Origin: Bacillota bacterium
GTDB lineage: Bacteria; Bacillota; Sulfobacillia; Sulfobacillales; JAIMBI01
DNA length: 64,000 nt
Assembly: GCA_021795575.1 (NCBI GenBank)
Contig: JAJYPH010000001.1
Location: forward strand, 5,128-69,127
Reading direction: 5' to 3'
Shown here: positions 19,964 to 29,393 of the stretch, one piece after another
How the letters are laid out: the number at the start of each line of letters is the position of its first letter
How positions within the stretch are numbered: the first letter of the stretch is position 1
The notes under the pieces: model-generated
What the model was told of the DNA's origin: nothing
The model's database searches: none
What the model saw: only the letters and a program-made list of their open reading frames with translations
Translations under genes and position numbers: made by a program

Positions 19964-21237
19964 CGGGCCACCCCCTTGTCGGCGTTCAGAGATCTTGGTG
20001 GCCATTCGCCCGCCTTGAAGGCGGCAAACGCGGCGAGCGCCTCACGATGCCGTTCCAACCCTTCGGCGGCAGCCAGCAGGGCGGCCGCCTCGGCCAAGTG
20101 ACTGGAGTTTCCCACCTGGCGCGTCTCGGTGCGTCGGCGCAGGAAATCTTCCACACCCAGGACCGACTGCCACCGGGCTCGACCCCCGGTGGGCAGCACG
20201 TGGTTGGGCCCGGCCACGTAGTCGCCCAAGGGGCTGGGGCAGTCAATAAACGTGGCCCCCGCGTGGGTGAGCTCGCCGGCATAGACGGCTGCCGGGCCCC
20301 AAAGCTCCAGATGCTCGGGTGCCATGGCATTGATGAAACGCACGGCCTCGGCAGCCGTCTCCACGAGCACGCCCCCCAGCCGCGGGCGGGAGGCCAACTC
20401 AGGGGACAGGGCGGACGCAAGGCGCCCCACCTCGTCCAGCCACGCCGCATCCCGGCTCACGACCAGCGCCACACTCGCGGGGTCGTGCTCCGCCTGGGCC
20501 AGCAGATCTTGCGCGACCTGGGCCGCAGGCGCCGGCGGCTCTCCCCACACCACCACCTCCGACGGCCCATTCAACCCGTCGATCCGAATGCGGTCGGCGA
20601 CCTGGCGCTTGGCCTCGGTGACGTACACGTTGCCCGGCCCCACCAGGGCGTCCACCCGCCGTACGCTCTCGGTGCCGAAGGCGGCGGCCCCCACCGCCTG
20701 GGCCCCTCCGATGGCGTGCACCTCCTGGATGCCCAGCCAGGCGGCGGCCGCCAGCGTCACGCGGTCGGGCTCGCCGTCCGCCCGCGGCGGTGTCAGCACG
20801 ACAATGTCCCGGACGCCCGCCACCTGGGCCGGAATCACGCCCATCAGGAGGGTGGACGCCAGAGGAAATCGGCCGGCGGGCACATACACCGCCACGCGCT
20901 CCAGCGGTTCCCACACGGTGCGCACCGCCAGCCCCCCGTCCGTGAGCCCATCCCGAGCGGCGGGTGGCCGGGACCACGTGGCGAACGCCCGGATGCGTTC
21001 GCCTGCCAGCGCCAACGCGTCGGCCAGCGCGGGCGGCAGGGCCGGCGCGTCGAGCCACGCCACGCGCGACGTTGGACGGTCCACCCCGTCCAGACGACCC
21101 GTCCACCCTCTCACCGCCGCATCGCCGCCGGTGGCCACGTCAGCGAGAATCTGGGCCACGGCGGCGGTCACCGCGGGTGTGTCGCCACCCCGCACGCGCG
21201 TCAGCCACTCGTCCGTACTACGACACACCCAGGGCAC
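19960..21237 (-). CDS. hisD: histidinol dehydrogenase
   Basis: The conserved body includes IDGLNGPSEVVV and QAEHDP. There is no in-frame ATG near the expected N-terminus. GTG 21237 (SD GAGAGGGGG about 10 nt upstream) or GTG 21228 gives about 422-425 aa, overlapping the hisG stop. Confidence 0.85.
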   Translation of the reverse strand: MPWVCRSTDEWLTRVRGGDTPAVTAAVAQILADVATGGDAAVRGWTGRLDGVDRPTSRVAWLDAPALPPALADALALAGERIRAFATWSRPPAARDGLTDGGLAVRTVWEPLERVAVYVPAGRFPLASTLLMGVIPAQVAGVRDIVVLTPPRADGEPDRVTLAAAAWLGIQEVHAIGGAQAVGAAAFGTESVRRVDALVGPGNVYVTEAKRQVADRIRIDGLNGPSEVVVWGEPPAPAAQVAQDLLAQAEHDPASVALVVSRDAAWLDEVGRLASALSPELASRPRLGGVLVETAAEAVRFINAMAPEHLELWGPAAVYAGELTHAGATFIDCPSPLGDYVAGPNHVLPTGGRARWQSVLGVEDFLRRRTETRQVGNSSHLAEAAALLAAAEGLERHREALAAFAAFKAGEWPPRSLNADKGVAR

Positions 21238-21838
21238 GTGGATCCATCCCCCTCTCGGGCAAGGCGTCCTGAACCCAGCGCTCAACCGCGCGGGCATTTT
21301 TGGGCGACGCCGACAGCGTGGCGATCGACCGCATGACGGTCTCAAGCGCCACGAGCCCGTTGGCGGCAAGGGTGGCGCCCGTTTCGACCATATCCACGAC
21401 CGCGTCGGCCAAGCCGAGCCAGGGCGCGGCTTCCACCGCCCCACTCATGGTCACCACGTCGCCCATGAGGCCGCGGGCGTCCATCCACCGACGCGTGATG
21501 CGGGGATAGCGGGTGGCCACCCGCCACGCCCGGCCGGACGCGAGCCGCGTGTCGGGCGGTGCCGCCGCCACCAGACGGCAGGCACCAAAATCCAGTGACC
21601 GTACCACCACCAGGGCCAGCCCCGCTTCGTCCAGCACGTCGCGCCCCACGATGGCTGCGTCCACCACACCGGCCATGAGCAGGGACGGCATGTCGCGGCC
21701 ACGCACTTCCACGGCGTCCACACTGCCCGCTTGCGTCCACAGCTGCCGACCCGCCGGTTGGGCCAGGTCCAACCCCGCCTGCTGCAGCCAGGTCCAAGTG
21801 GGACCGTTCAGCCGTCCGCGCGGCACCGCGATTCTCAT
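21218..21838 (-). CDS. hisG: ATP phosphoribosyltransferase, short form
   Basis: 206 aa (MRIAVPRGRLNGPT..) with no C-terminal regulatory domain, so it is the HisZ-dependent short class. First gene of the operon. Confidence 0.9.
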   Translation of the reverse strand: MRIAVPRGRLNGPTWTWLQQAGLDLAQPAGRQLWTQAGSVDAVEVRGRDMPSLLMAGVVDAAIVGRDVLDEAGLALVVVRSLDFGACRLVAAAPPDTRLASGRAWRVATRYPRITRRWMDARGLMGDVVTMSGAVEAAPWLGLADAVVDMVETGATLAANGLVALETVMRSIATLSASPKNARAVERWVQDALPERGMDPRALGVS

Positions 21839-21860
21839 GGCGCACTCCCCTTCTGCATCA

Positions 21861-21901
21861 CTCTACTGCAGTAGAGTACCAGGACAAGAGTCCGCCGTCA
21901 A
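21861..21901 (-). promoter_or_regulatory. his operon promoter with an overlapping 16-bp perfect palindrome (candidate operator)
   Basis: The reverse strand has -35 TTGACG (21901-21896), a 17-nt spacer, and -10 TACTCT (21878-21873). The palindrome CTCTACTGCAGTAGAG (21861-21876) covers the -10 edge and the predicted TSS, 23 nt before the hisG ATG. Confidence 0.5.
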
Positions 21902-21909
21902 GGGGGTCG

Positions 21910-23604
21910 GTGAACACGGACTCGCTGGCGCCCTGTCAACCGCAACCACGCCGCCACCGCGGTCGTTGTTCTCTCGAGCGGGGTGAACGACCGTTGCTTG
22001 GGCGCGGAATCACGGCAGGAACCGAGCCCCGTCGGAAGGCGGGGGGCGCATCCCGCTGGCTGGCCGCCGGCCTGGTCGTGACGGGGACGGCCGGGCTGGT
22101 CGCCTGTGCCGGGGCCACGGCTCGCTCCCCCCAGCAGTCCCGGGCGTCGACGTCCTCGGTCCCCGCGCTGCCCCAGGGCGTGCCGAATCCCGACTTTTGG
22201 TGGGCACTGCCCACGCTTGTGCGCACGGGACTGCCGGTGGTGCTGCCCGCCTGGCTTCCCACCACCGGCGTCTGGGGCCAGACGTTCAACCCAACTGCGG
22301 TGGGCGGAATCCCGCCCATCACGGTTAGCCGCTGGAATGGTCAGGAATCCATCGACGGCACCCGCATGGGCCCGGGTTACTCGATCGGGGTGGGCTCCGT
22401 GGCGACGAGTGGCGCCGTGCCCGTCACGGCTGGCCTGGCCCGGCCCTGGAAGCCCGCGGCGGTGCCCGCCACCCTGCAGTCTCAGCAGACCGAATCGACC
22501 GATGGGCGCAATTCGCCCCCCATCGGCATCACGGTGGCGTATGTGCCCCATCCGATCCGACTCGTGGGCCGGCCCGTTCGGCTGGGGCCGCTGGTGGTAT
22601 ACCTGACGGCGTACGTGTCCGAGGGGACCATGGGCAGTTGGCTCCGGCTGACCTTCCGGTACGGCCGCTACCTCGTCATGGTGCATGACCCCAACCCAAA
22701 TCCCCGCGTGGCGCTTCAGATTGCCGCCAGCTTTGTCCGGGTGCAGGTGCCGCAGCACCTCACGCTCGCTTATGGGCACACGGCCGAGCAGCTAACGGCG
22801 CTGGGTGGCACCGCATCGCTCGCCGGCCCCACCCAGCATCCGGGCACCGCGTGGGGTTATGACTACCGCATCACGCCCGTGCCGACCGGCACCACCGTGA
22901 AGACCAGCCCCACACCGCCCCCCGTACCCACTCACCTCCCGACGGCGCGCCCGCTGCTGCCGCCGATGCTCGCGAACCTGCTCAGCGAGCCTCCGCTCCT
23001 GCCGCTCGGGACCGCTGAGCCGGCGTCCGTCCGCTACAATCTATTCAACGCGGCGGCACCGGTTCTCGTGCCGACGGTCCTGCCAGCGGGCCTGGACTCC
23101 ATGCCCGATGCCACGCCGCTGGAGTGGAAAACCCCGCACGGGTACTACCTGGGCTTTCTGCCGCAAGGCACCCGCGCCGGGGGAATCTTCTGGGATTGGG
23201 GTGCGGCGGGTCCCCCTCTGACGCGCCCCACACGTCAAACCCTGGATGGGCACCAGGTCCGGCTTGGCCGGAACCGCACAGCGTTCGCGGTAGCGGTCGG
23301 GCCGGGGGCCACGGCGTACGGGTTCTTCTCCGCCCCAATCTCGCGCCCCGCGCTGCTCCGGGACATCCAAATCGTGTTCCACCCGCCCGTGGTGGTGGAA
23401 AGTGGCCCGGTGGTGCCCACCCCCAGCGGCCAGCGGGTCGCGCTGGGGCGCTGGGGGTGGGGGCGCCTCGCGGTGCAGGGGAACACCGCCCGCGTCACGT
23501 TTGAATACGCCCGGCAAACCTACACGGTCACGGTTCGGGGAGCCCGCCATGCAGGACCCGAGGCCCTCGTCATCGCCGAAAGCCTGATCGAACTCCAAGC
23601 GTAG
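21910..23604 (+). CDS. putative lipoprotein with two tandem homologous domains, unknown function
   Basis: Lipobox in RWLAAGLVVTGTAGLVAC. The two halves end in similar segments: LRLTFRYGRYLVMVHD..ALQIAASFVRVQ and ARVTFEYARQTYTVTVRG..ALVIAESLIELQ. GTG start at 21910; the start is uncertain. Confidence 0.65.
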   Translation: MNTDSLAPCQPQPRRHRGRCSLERGERPLLGRGITAGTEPRRKAGGASRWLAAGLVVTGTAGLVACAGATARSPQQSRASTSSVPALPQGVPNPDFWWALPTLVRTGLPVVLPAWLPTTGVWGQTFNPTAVGGIPPITVSRWNGQESIDGTRMGPGYSIGVGSVATSGAVPVTAGLARPWKPAAVPATLQSQQTESTDGRNSPPIGITVAYVPHPIRLVGRPVRLGPLVVYLTAYVSEGTMGSWLRLTFRYGRYLVMVHDPNPNPRVALQIAASFVRVQVPQHLTLAYGHTAEQLTALGGTASLAGPTQHPGTAWGYDYRITPVPTGTTVKTSPTPPPVPTHLPTARPLLPPMLANLLSEPPLLPLGTAEPASVRYNLFNAAAPVLVPTVLPAGLDSMPDATPLEWKTPHGYYLGFLPQGTRAGGIFWDWGAAGPPLTRPTRQTLDGHQVRLGRNRTAFAVAVGPGATAYGFFSAPISRPALLRDIQIVFHPPVVVESGPVVPTPSGQRVALGRWGWGRLAVQGNTARVTFEYARQTYTVTVRGARHAGPEALVIAESLIELQA

Positions 23605-23675
23605 GCTTCACGCGCGCCCTGGGGAATCTCCGCGTTCTACGGCGGGGCGTCTTCCCCAGACGGCCTCGCGACCAG

Positions 23676-23966
23676 TCACGGCGTGTCCGGAGGGAGCGCC
23701 GCCATGCGGTCCAGCACCAATCGGTAGCCGCCGGCCCCCCGATACAGGCAGCGGCGCACCCGGCTCACGGTCGTCGACGACGCGCCGGTTTCCACCTGAA
23801 TCGCCTCGTAGGTTTGGCCGCGGTCCAAGCGTCGGGCAATGTCGAGCCGCAACACCAGCTCGTCCTGTTCGTGCGGCGTCAGCCAGTCCTCCAACAGCTG
23901 CCCCAGCTCCACCGGACTCTGGACCGTAGACAGCGCCGTGTACAGCAGGCCCAAACTATCGGCCAC
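23676..23966 (-). CDS. TrpR-like YerC/YecD-family DNA-binding protein (candidate histidine-regulon repressor)
   Basis: Conserved core LLYTAL..ELGQLLEDWLTPHEQDELVLRLDIARRL..GQTYEAIQVETGASSTTVSRV. GTG 23966 with SD AGGGAGGG 7 nt upstream. Overlaps the hisC stop by 11 nt. Confidence 0.75.
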   Translation of the reverse strand: MADSLGLLYTALSTVQSPVELGQLLEDWLTPHEQDELVLRLDIARRLDRGQTYEAIQVETGASSTTVSRVRRCLYRGAGGYRLVLDRMAALPPDTP

Positions 23967-25077
23967 CCGCCAACCCTCCCTCTCGGTCCCCGGGGAACGA
24001 CGCCTGGCGCCGTTCCGCAATGTCGTCCAGCGCCGCGAGCAACCGACCCTCCTGCACGGGCGTCCCCACGGTGATGCGCAGATGGTCGGCCACCCCGAAG
24101 CTCCCACCCCACCGCACCAGGATGCCCCGGGCGGACAGCTGGGCCTGCCACGCCTCGGCGTCGCCGCTCGGGGGCGCGGCCCAGACGAAGTTGGCCTGGC
24201 TGGGATTGACGGACCAGCCGCGCGCGGCGAGCGCCCATTCCAGGCGCCGACGCCCGACCTGCACCGCCGCCACCACCTGGCGGCGGTAAGGTTCGTCCAG
24301 CACGGCGGCCCGGCCCATCAGGAGGGCCGGAGCCGACACCGGAAACGGCTCACGCACGCGGCCCACGGCGTCGACCACGGCGGGTGCCGCCAGCAGGGCC
24401 CCCACCCGGAGTCCCGCGAGCCCGTAGGCTTTGGAAAGCGTGCGCAGAAGAACCACGTTGGCGTGGACCGCCAAGAGACGGGTCGTGTCGGGCTCCGGGA
24501 GCGAAAAGTCGCGGTAAGCCTCGTCCAGCACCAGAAGCCCATCATCCCCCAACGCCGCCAGCAGCCCCTGGATCACGGCAGCGGGCGCCACATCGCCGGT
24601 GGGATTGTTGGGGGTGCAGAGAAACACCAGCCGCGGATGGTGGTCGGCTACCCAGTCGGGCAGCGCGGCCCAGCTGACCTGGTGGCCGGTGCCTGGCAGC
24701 GCGGCCACCTGGGCTCCCATCAGGGACGCGCCCTGCGCGTACAGCGAAAAGGTGGGGTGCACAGCGGCCACCCGGTCGTTGGGCCGGAGATACGTCTCCG
24801 CCAAGCACTTGATGAGATGACCACTGCCTGTACCCAGCAGCATCGCCGACGACGGCACGCTCCACTGGGCTTCCAGCGCCTCTTTGAGGATCTGACCCCC
24901 CATGTCGGGGTAGGTGGCACCGCCATCCCACCGCCGCCACGCCTCCACGGCCGCTGGCGACGGCCCCCAGGCGTTCTCGTTGGCCGCCAGGTTCAGCATG
25001 GCGTCGGCGGATACATTCCCGGGACGGCCCGGGCGATAGATGGGGAGTCCCTGCACCTCGGGACGCGGCTCAATCAC
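23956..25077 (-). CDS. hisC: histidinol-phosphate aminotransferase
   Basis: Class-II aminotransferase with LSKAYGLAGLRVG carrying the PLP lysine. I prefer GTG 25077 (VIEPRPEVQGLPIY), with GAGGAGGAG 6 nt upstream, over ATG 25107. Confidence 0.88.
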   Translation of the reverse strand: MIEPRPEVQGLPIYRPGRPGNVSADAMLNLAANENAWGPSPAAVEAWRRWDGGATYPDMGGQILKEALEAQWSVPSSAMLLGTGSGHLIKCLAETYLRPNDRVAAVHPTFSLYAQGASLMGAQVAALPGTGHQVSWAALPDWVADHHPRLVFLCTPNNPTGDVAPAAVIQGLLAALGDDGLLVLDEAYRDFSLPEPDTTRLLAVHANVVLLRTLSKAYGLAGLRVGALLAAPAVVDAVGRVREPFPVSAPALLMGRAAVLDEPYRRQVVAAVQVGRRRLEWALAARGWSVNPSQANFVWAAPPSGDAEAWQAQLSARGILVRWGGSFGVADHLRITVGTPVQEGRLLAALDDIAERRQASFPGDREGGLAGGR

Positions 25078-25218
25078 ATGGGACTCCTCCTCGCTATGGC
25101 CGCGCATCGCGACACATCACCCAGTATCCCATCCGACACAGGCGCCGCCAAGTCAGTGCACGGGATGGCGCCGGGCCACCGCGCCGAGGGTCCGATGGCC
25201 GGGATCCTTTGGTGGGCG

Positions 25219-25247
25219 CCGCCAGGCGGTCAGCGTGCGCCTGGCGG
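25219..25247 (-). terminator. GC-rich stem-loop downstream of the YcaQ-like gene
   Basis: ccgccaggcg / cgcctggcgg 10-bp stem with a 9-nt loop, about 100 nt after the stop at 25349. There is no U-tract, so function is uncertain. Confidence 0.35.
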
Positions 25248-25348
25248 ACCGTTTGGGACCCACACCGATTCGGGGGCCCAGCTTTGGCGGCCCGCGGCTG
25301 GACGATCGCTGCGCCCATTCGTATGCGAAGCGATGGGGTCCACCCGGG

Positions 25349-26668
25349 TTACGGAGCTAAAGACCCCATCACCTCACGCGCATCGTGGAACCGGGCGAAG
25401 CGTTCGATGCCGTTCTGCCATGCCCGCCGAAATGCGGGATCTCTTTGAAGGCCTTCCTCCTCGATCCACAGTCCCTGGATCTTCAGGACGTTCGTTGAGC
25501 GGTCCAGTTTTGGATCCATGCGGCCCACCAGCCGGTCTTGATAGAGAATGGGCATGGTGTACGCACCCCACCGACGCGTCTCCGCTGGCTTGTAAATCTC
25601 CCACACGCATTCGAACCCAAAGAGCTCCCGCAGCCGCTCCCGTGGCGCCACCACGTTGTCGAGCGGTGACAGGAAGGTGACTTCCACGTCCGTCCCCGTC
25701 GCCGTGGCCCACTCATGGGGCACGGCTCCCCGAGAGAGCGTGTCCAGAAGCGCCAAGTACTCCGCGTGCACGAACCGCGCGGCGTGTGCCCCCGCGACGG
25801 TGACTGGGACGGCGATCCCGGCCGCAATCAGGTCCGTCATCCAGGCCGCGGCCTCCTTGGGACCGACGGGCTCGAACAGCCTATAGCCGACGCCCCCGGA
25901 CCATTCCCGGAGAGTGGGTAGTGCCGAACGGCGGAGCACCTCCTGGGCGGCGTGGGTGCGAACCGCTGGTTCAGCGACCGGGTCGCCCGTCGGGGGAGCG
26001 ATGCGTTCCGTAAGGTCGTAGATGCGCTCGAATCCTTCCCGGTGATGGGTCATGAGCTCACCGGTGAGCCAGAGGTGGTAGAGGGCCAGTCCGGCGGCGC
26101 TGCTTGCCCGGCCCGACCTCACCGGCGTTTGGTCGGGCAGGTTGCGGGCCGACACGGGTCCCCGGTCCCGGACTACAACCCGAACCTCGTCCACCAACGC
26201 CGCATGGTCGGTGAGAAAGGTCCGCACGCGCGGCTCGTCGCGGCGGCGCGCCTTATGACGTTCCCAGTACGGATATTCTTCGATGGGGTATACGTCGAGA
26301 TGGCCGCCATACTCAAAGAACCGCCGGTCCTGGTACACCAGGGTGCCGAGGTCATCCCGCCGGTATCCTGACACCCGGCTGCTCAGTACGAGGTCGTGGC
26401 TGCGGGACACGAGGGAGACCGGGTCGAGCTGGAGGTGACCCAGGGCATGAATCGCACGGGCCGTCCCCTCCTTGTCCGCCCACCGGCGTCCCGGCCACAA
26501 GCCTTGCACCCCAAGAAGAAAGCGCCGGGCGACATCCCCGGTTATCTCTATGGATTCGATGGCACCCCAACCTCTCGCCGAGTCGTAGCGCGGGCGCCGC
26601 CGCGGGGCCGGCGTCCAGGCGGCGCCTGAACAGCACGCGCCTCCGACCGCGGGGCAACCAATCCGCAC
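25349..26668 (-). CDS. YcaQ/AlkZ-like winged-helix DNA glycosylase family protein
   Basis: ARRFLLGVQGLW..LGHLQLDPVSLVSRSHDLVL..RRFFEYGGH..YPYW is typical of the family. The start is unresolved: the nearest in-frame starts are GTG 26668 and ATG 26746, and the track maximum is 26941. Confidence 0.75.
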   Translation of the reverse strand: MRIGCPAVGGACCSGAAWTPAPRRRPRYDSARGWGAIESIEITGDVARRFLLGVQGLWPGRRWADKEGTARAIHALGHLQLDPVSLVSRSHDLVLSSRVSGYRRDDLGTLVYQDRRFFEYGGHLDVYPIEEYPYWERHKARRRDEPRVRTFLTDHAALVDEVRVVVRDRGPVSARNLPDQTPVRSGRASSAAGLALYHLWLTGELMTHHREGFERIYDLTERIAPPTGDPVAEPAVRTHAAQEVLRRSALPTLREWSGGVGYRLFEPVGPKEAAAWMTDLIAAGIAVPVTVAGAHAARFVHAEYLALLDTLSRGAVPHEWATATGTDVEVTFLSPLDNVVAPRERLRELFGFECVWEIYKPAETRRWGAYTMPILYQDRLVGRMDPKLDRSTNVLKIQGLWIEEEGLQRDPAFRRAWQNGIERFARFHDAREVMGSLAP

Positions 26669-27139
26669 GGGCCGTGGGTCCGGCGACCGCCGCCACGGGA
26701 CCACTATAGCCCGTGGCTGACCAGCATTCGTGGCGTGGTGGGCCATGTCCTGCACGAGGCTGGGGGGAGAACGCCGGAGCTGTGGCCGGGCGCGCGCCAC
26801 GCGATCCGAGCGTGACTCAGTAGCCCGCGGCACCACACGCCCCGGCCGGAAACCCAAGGGGGAGTCATCGGGGCCTGATGGCCCACTCTCTCCGAGCACG
26901 TCCGTCGGGCAGACGTCGTTTCCCGCGGATCCGTGCCGCAATCCCCGCCCCTTCGGTAAACCAGCGTGTTGACTCCCTAATGCTTACCCGGCACGGCCAA
27001 GGAGCGTGATATCGACGACCAGTTCGCCGCTCGGTGTCACGGACCGCCAGGCGCTCGGCGCTCCGTGGGGTCCCAGCGGAAGCACTCCCACGGCCACGCC
27101 AGCCGGCGCGCGCCCCGCTGACGCGCGGCAACCCGAGGA

Positions 27140-28147
27140 TTAGGTCTCGGACGGGGGGGCTGCTTCAGATCGCGCCTGCCACGCCTGCATCACCCGGTGG
27201 GCTTCCACGACGTTCCCGGTGAGCAGCACCGCGGTCGACGCGCCCACGGTCACCCGACCGCTGAGCAGTGCGGCCACGCCCACGGCCGCCGCCCCTTCCA
27301 CGATCAGGCGATGGTGATCCAACAAGAAGCACAACGCCTCGACAATTTCCTCTTCGCTCACCTCAACGAGGTCATCCACCCAGTGGCGTACCAGCGCCAG
27401 CGTGAATTGGTTGTCCGCGCCGACACCCCCCAGCAGGCTGTCGGCCCACGTGGGGGCCTCGGGCGCATCGACGGGACGGCCGGCCCGCACGCTCGCCGCC
27501 ATGCTGCCCGCATGCCGGGCGCCCACCCCAATGACCCGGGCCGCAGGATGGACGGCCTTCACGGCAAGCGCCACACCGGACAGCAAGCCTCCTCCCGATA
27601 CGGGAACCAGGACGGTGTCGACGTCGGGGCAGCGGTTCATCAAATCCCACCCGGCCGTCCCCTGCCCCGCAATGACGTCAGGATCGTCAAACGGGGGCAC
27701 CAGCAGGAGGCCCTCGGCGCCCGCCGCTTCCTGGCACCGGCGGGCGGCATCCTCCTGGGTCTGCCCGCTTACCGTCACCTGGGCCCCCCACTGCTGCAGC
27801 TGGGCGACTTTCACCGCGGGCACGGTGGTGGGAAGAAACACGCGCGCGGGCACGCCCAAACGCTGGGCCATATACGCCACGGCGGTGCCGTGATTGCCTG
27901 TGGAGAACGTGGCGACGCCTGGGAGCTCCCCACCAAGCTGTCGGGCCACCAAGGCGTGGGCCGCGCCCCTAATCTTGAACGAACCGACGGGATTGAGAAA
28001 CTCCAGCTGCAGGGCGACGCGTCCGCCGGCCACGCGGCCCAGCGGGAGGGACGGCACGAGCGGCACCGGCCACACCCATGGCCGGATCCGCTGGTGCGCC
28101 CGCCACACATCCTGAGCCGTGGGAACCCGGTACTCCCCCGGGTTCAC
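27140..28147 (-). CDS. PLP-dependent threonine/serine dehydratase-fold enzyme, EutB-like
   Basis: SFKIRGA carries the PLP lysine, with GNHG and GGGLLSG motifs and no ACT domain. ADSLLGGVGADNQFTLAL matches my recollection of the hydroxyectoine-dehydratase EutB signature. ATGA overlap with the M24 gene. Confidence 0.8.
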   Translation of the reverse strand: MNPGEYRVPTAQDVWRAHQRIRPWVWPVPLVPSLPLGRVAGGRVALQLEFLNPVGSFKIRGAAHALVARQLGGELPGVATFSTGNHGTAVAYMAQRLGVPARVFLPTTVPAVKVAQLQQWGAQVTVSGQTQEDAARRCQEAAGAEGLLLVPPFDDPDVIAGQGTAGWDLMNRCPDVDTVLVPVSGGGLLSGVALAVKAVHPAARVIGVGARHAGSMAASVRAGRPVDAPEAPTWADSLLGGVGADNQFTLALVRHWVDDLVEVSEEEIVEALCFLLDHHRLIVEGAAAVGVAALLSGRVTVGASTAVLLTGNVVEAHRVMQAWQARSEAAPPSET

Positions 28148-29343
28148 GCCGACCGGCCCGTGGGAAATTCCGTCTTGGTCAGCAGGTCGCGCGTGAAGTG
28201 GGTCAACAATTCAACGCCGGTGTCGGTCACAGCCAGCGTCTCACTGATTTCCAGCCCGCGCGGTTCGACCCACATCCCCGCAATGAGATGAAAGGTCATA
28301 CCCGGCCGCAGCAGCGTGCGGTCCCCCGCCCGCAGGCTGGCCGTGTGCTCACCCCAATCGGGCGGGTAGCCGACGCCCACCGCATACCCCAGCCGCGACG
28401 CCTTTTCGTATCCGCTGGCGGCGAGGCAGCGGCGCCACGCCGCCTCTACCTCCTCACACACCGCGCCCGGCCGCGCCGCCTCCAGCGCGGCGTCCACGCC
28501 TGCCAGCACCACGTCGGCCAGGCGCCGATAGTCGTCGGGGGGCGTGCCCAGATACAGCGTGCGGGCCAGCGGGGCATGGTACCGGTGGCGGCAGCCCGCC
28601 AGCTCCAGGTTCACCACGTCCCCCACCTGGTAGCTGCGGTCCACCCAAGTGAGATGCGACGCCGTCGTGCGCTCCATGGAAGGCATGAGCGGCACAATCG
28701 CGGGATAGTCGCCGGGGAGACCCTCCAGGCCCTCGATTTCGGCGCGAAAAATCTGGGCCGCCGCGTCGGCCTCGCGCACCCCAGGCTCAATCACGGCCAG
28801 CGCCGTCTCCATCGCATACTGGGCAATGGCCGCCGCCTCCCGCATCAGGGCCAGTTCCGCCGGGGACTTCACGCTCCGGACCCAATTCACCAGGAGGCTC
28901 GCATCCAGCCAGGTGGCGGCTGGCAGGAGCCGCTGCAGGGCCAGGTAGGACTGCGCGGTGAAGTAGTACGCGTCCAATTCCAGGCCGACGCGGCGCTGGT
29001 CGAGATGGAGCTCGCGCAGCAGCGCCGCGACGGTCTCCATGGGGTGATGATCCGTGGACTGAATGTAGGTCTCGGGATAGGCGCGAATGTGGTCCGCCGA
29101 CAGCCACGTCGTCAGGCGCGCACCGTTCGCGTCCTGAGGCCGGCCGATCCAGTACGGTTCGGGGTCCCAGCCCACCACCACCACCATTTGCGGGACGTAG
29201 AACGACCAGCCGTCATATCCGACCAGGTAGTTCATGTTGGCCGGGTCCGCGACCAGCAGCACCTCGATGCCAGCACGACCCATGCTCTGCTGGACGTTGT
29301 GGATCCGAGCCTGGTATTCCCCCACGCTGAACGGCCTCTCCAC
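28144..29343 (-). CDS. M24 creatinase/prolidase-fold hydrolase, DoeA/EutD (ectoine hydrolase)-like
   Basis: Has a creatinase_N domain plus an M24 domain. Motifs include GYDGWSFYV, GDYPAIVP, HLTW, RYHAPLARTLYLG, YPPDWGE and PGMTFH. GTG 29343 with AGGAGG 8 nt upstream gives 400 aa; the track ORF to 29628 is filler. Confidence 0.8.
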   Translation of the reverse strand: MERPFSVGEYQARIHNVQQSMGRAGIEVLLVADPANMNYLVGYDGWSFYVPQMVVVVGWDPEPYWIGRPQDANGARLTTWLSADHIRAYPETYIQSTDHHPMETVAALLRELHLDQRRVGLELDAYYFTAQSYLALQRLLPAATWLDASLLVNWVRSVKSPAELALMREAAAIAQYAMETALAVIEPGVREADAAAQIFRAEIEGLEGLPGDYPAIVPLMPSMERTTASHLTWVDRSYQVGDVVNLELAGCRHRYHAPLARTLYLGTPPDDYRRLADVVLAGVDAALEAARPGAVCEEVEAAWRRCLAASGYEKASRLGYAVGVGYPPDWGEHTASLRAGDRTLLRPGMTFHLIAGMWVEPRGLEISETLAVTDTGVELLTHFTRDLLTKTEFPTGRSA

Positions 29344-29393
29344 CGCCACCGCCTCCTGCTTCTTCCTGTCGCTCGAGTTGGGTTGCCGACCGG

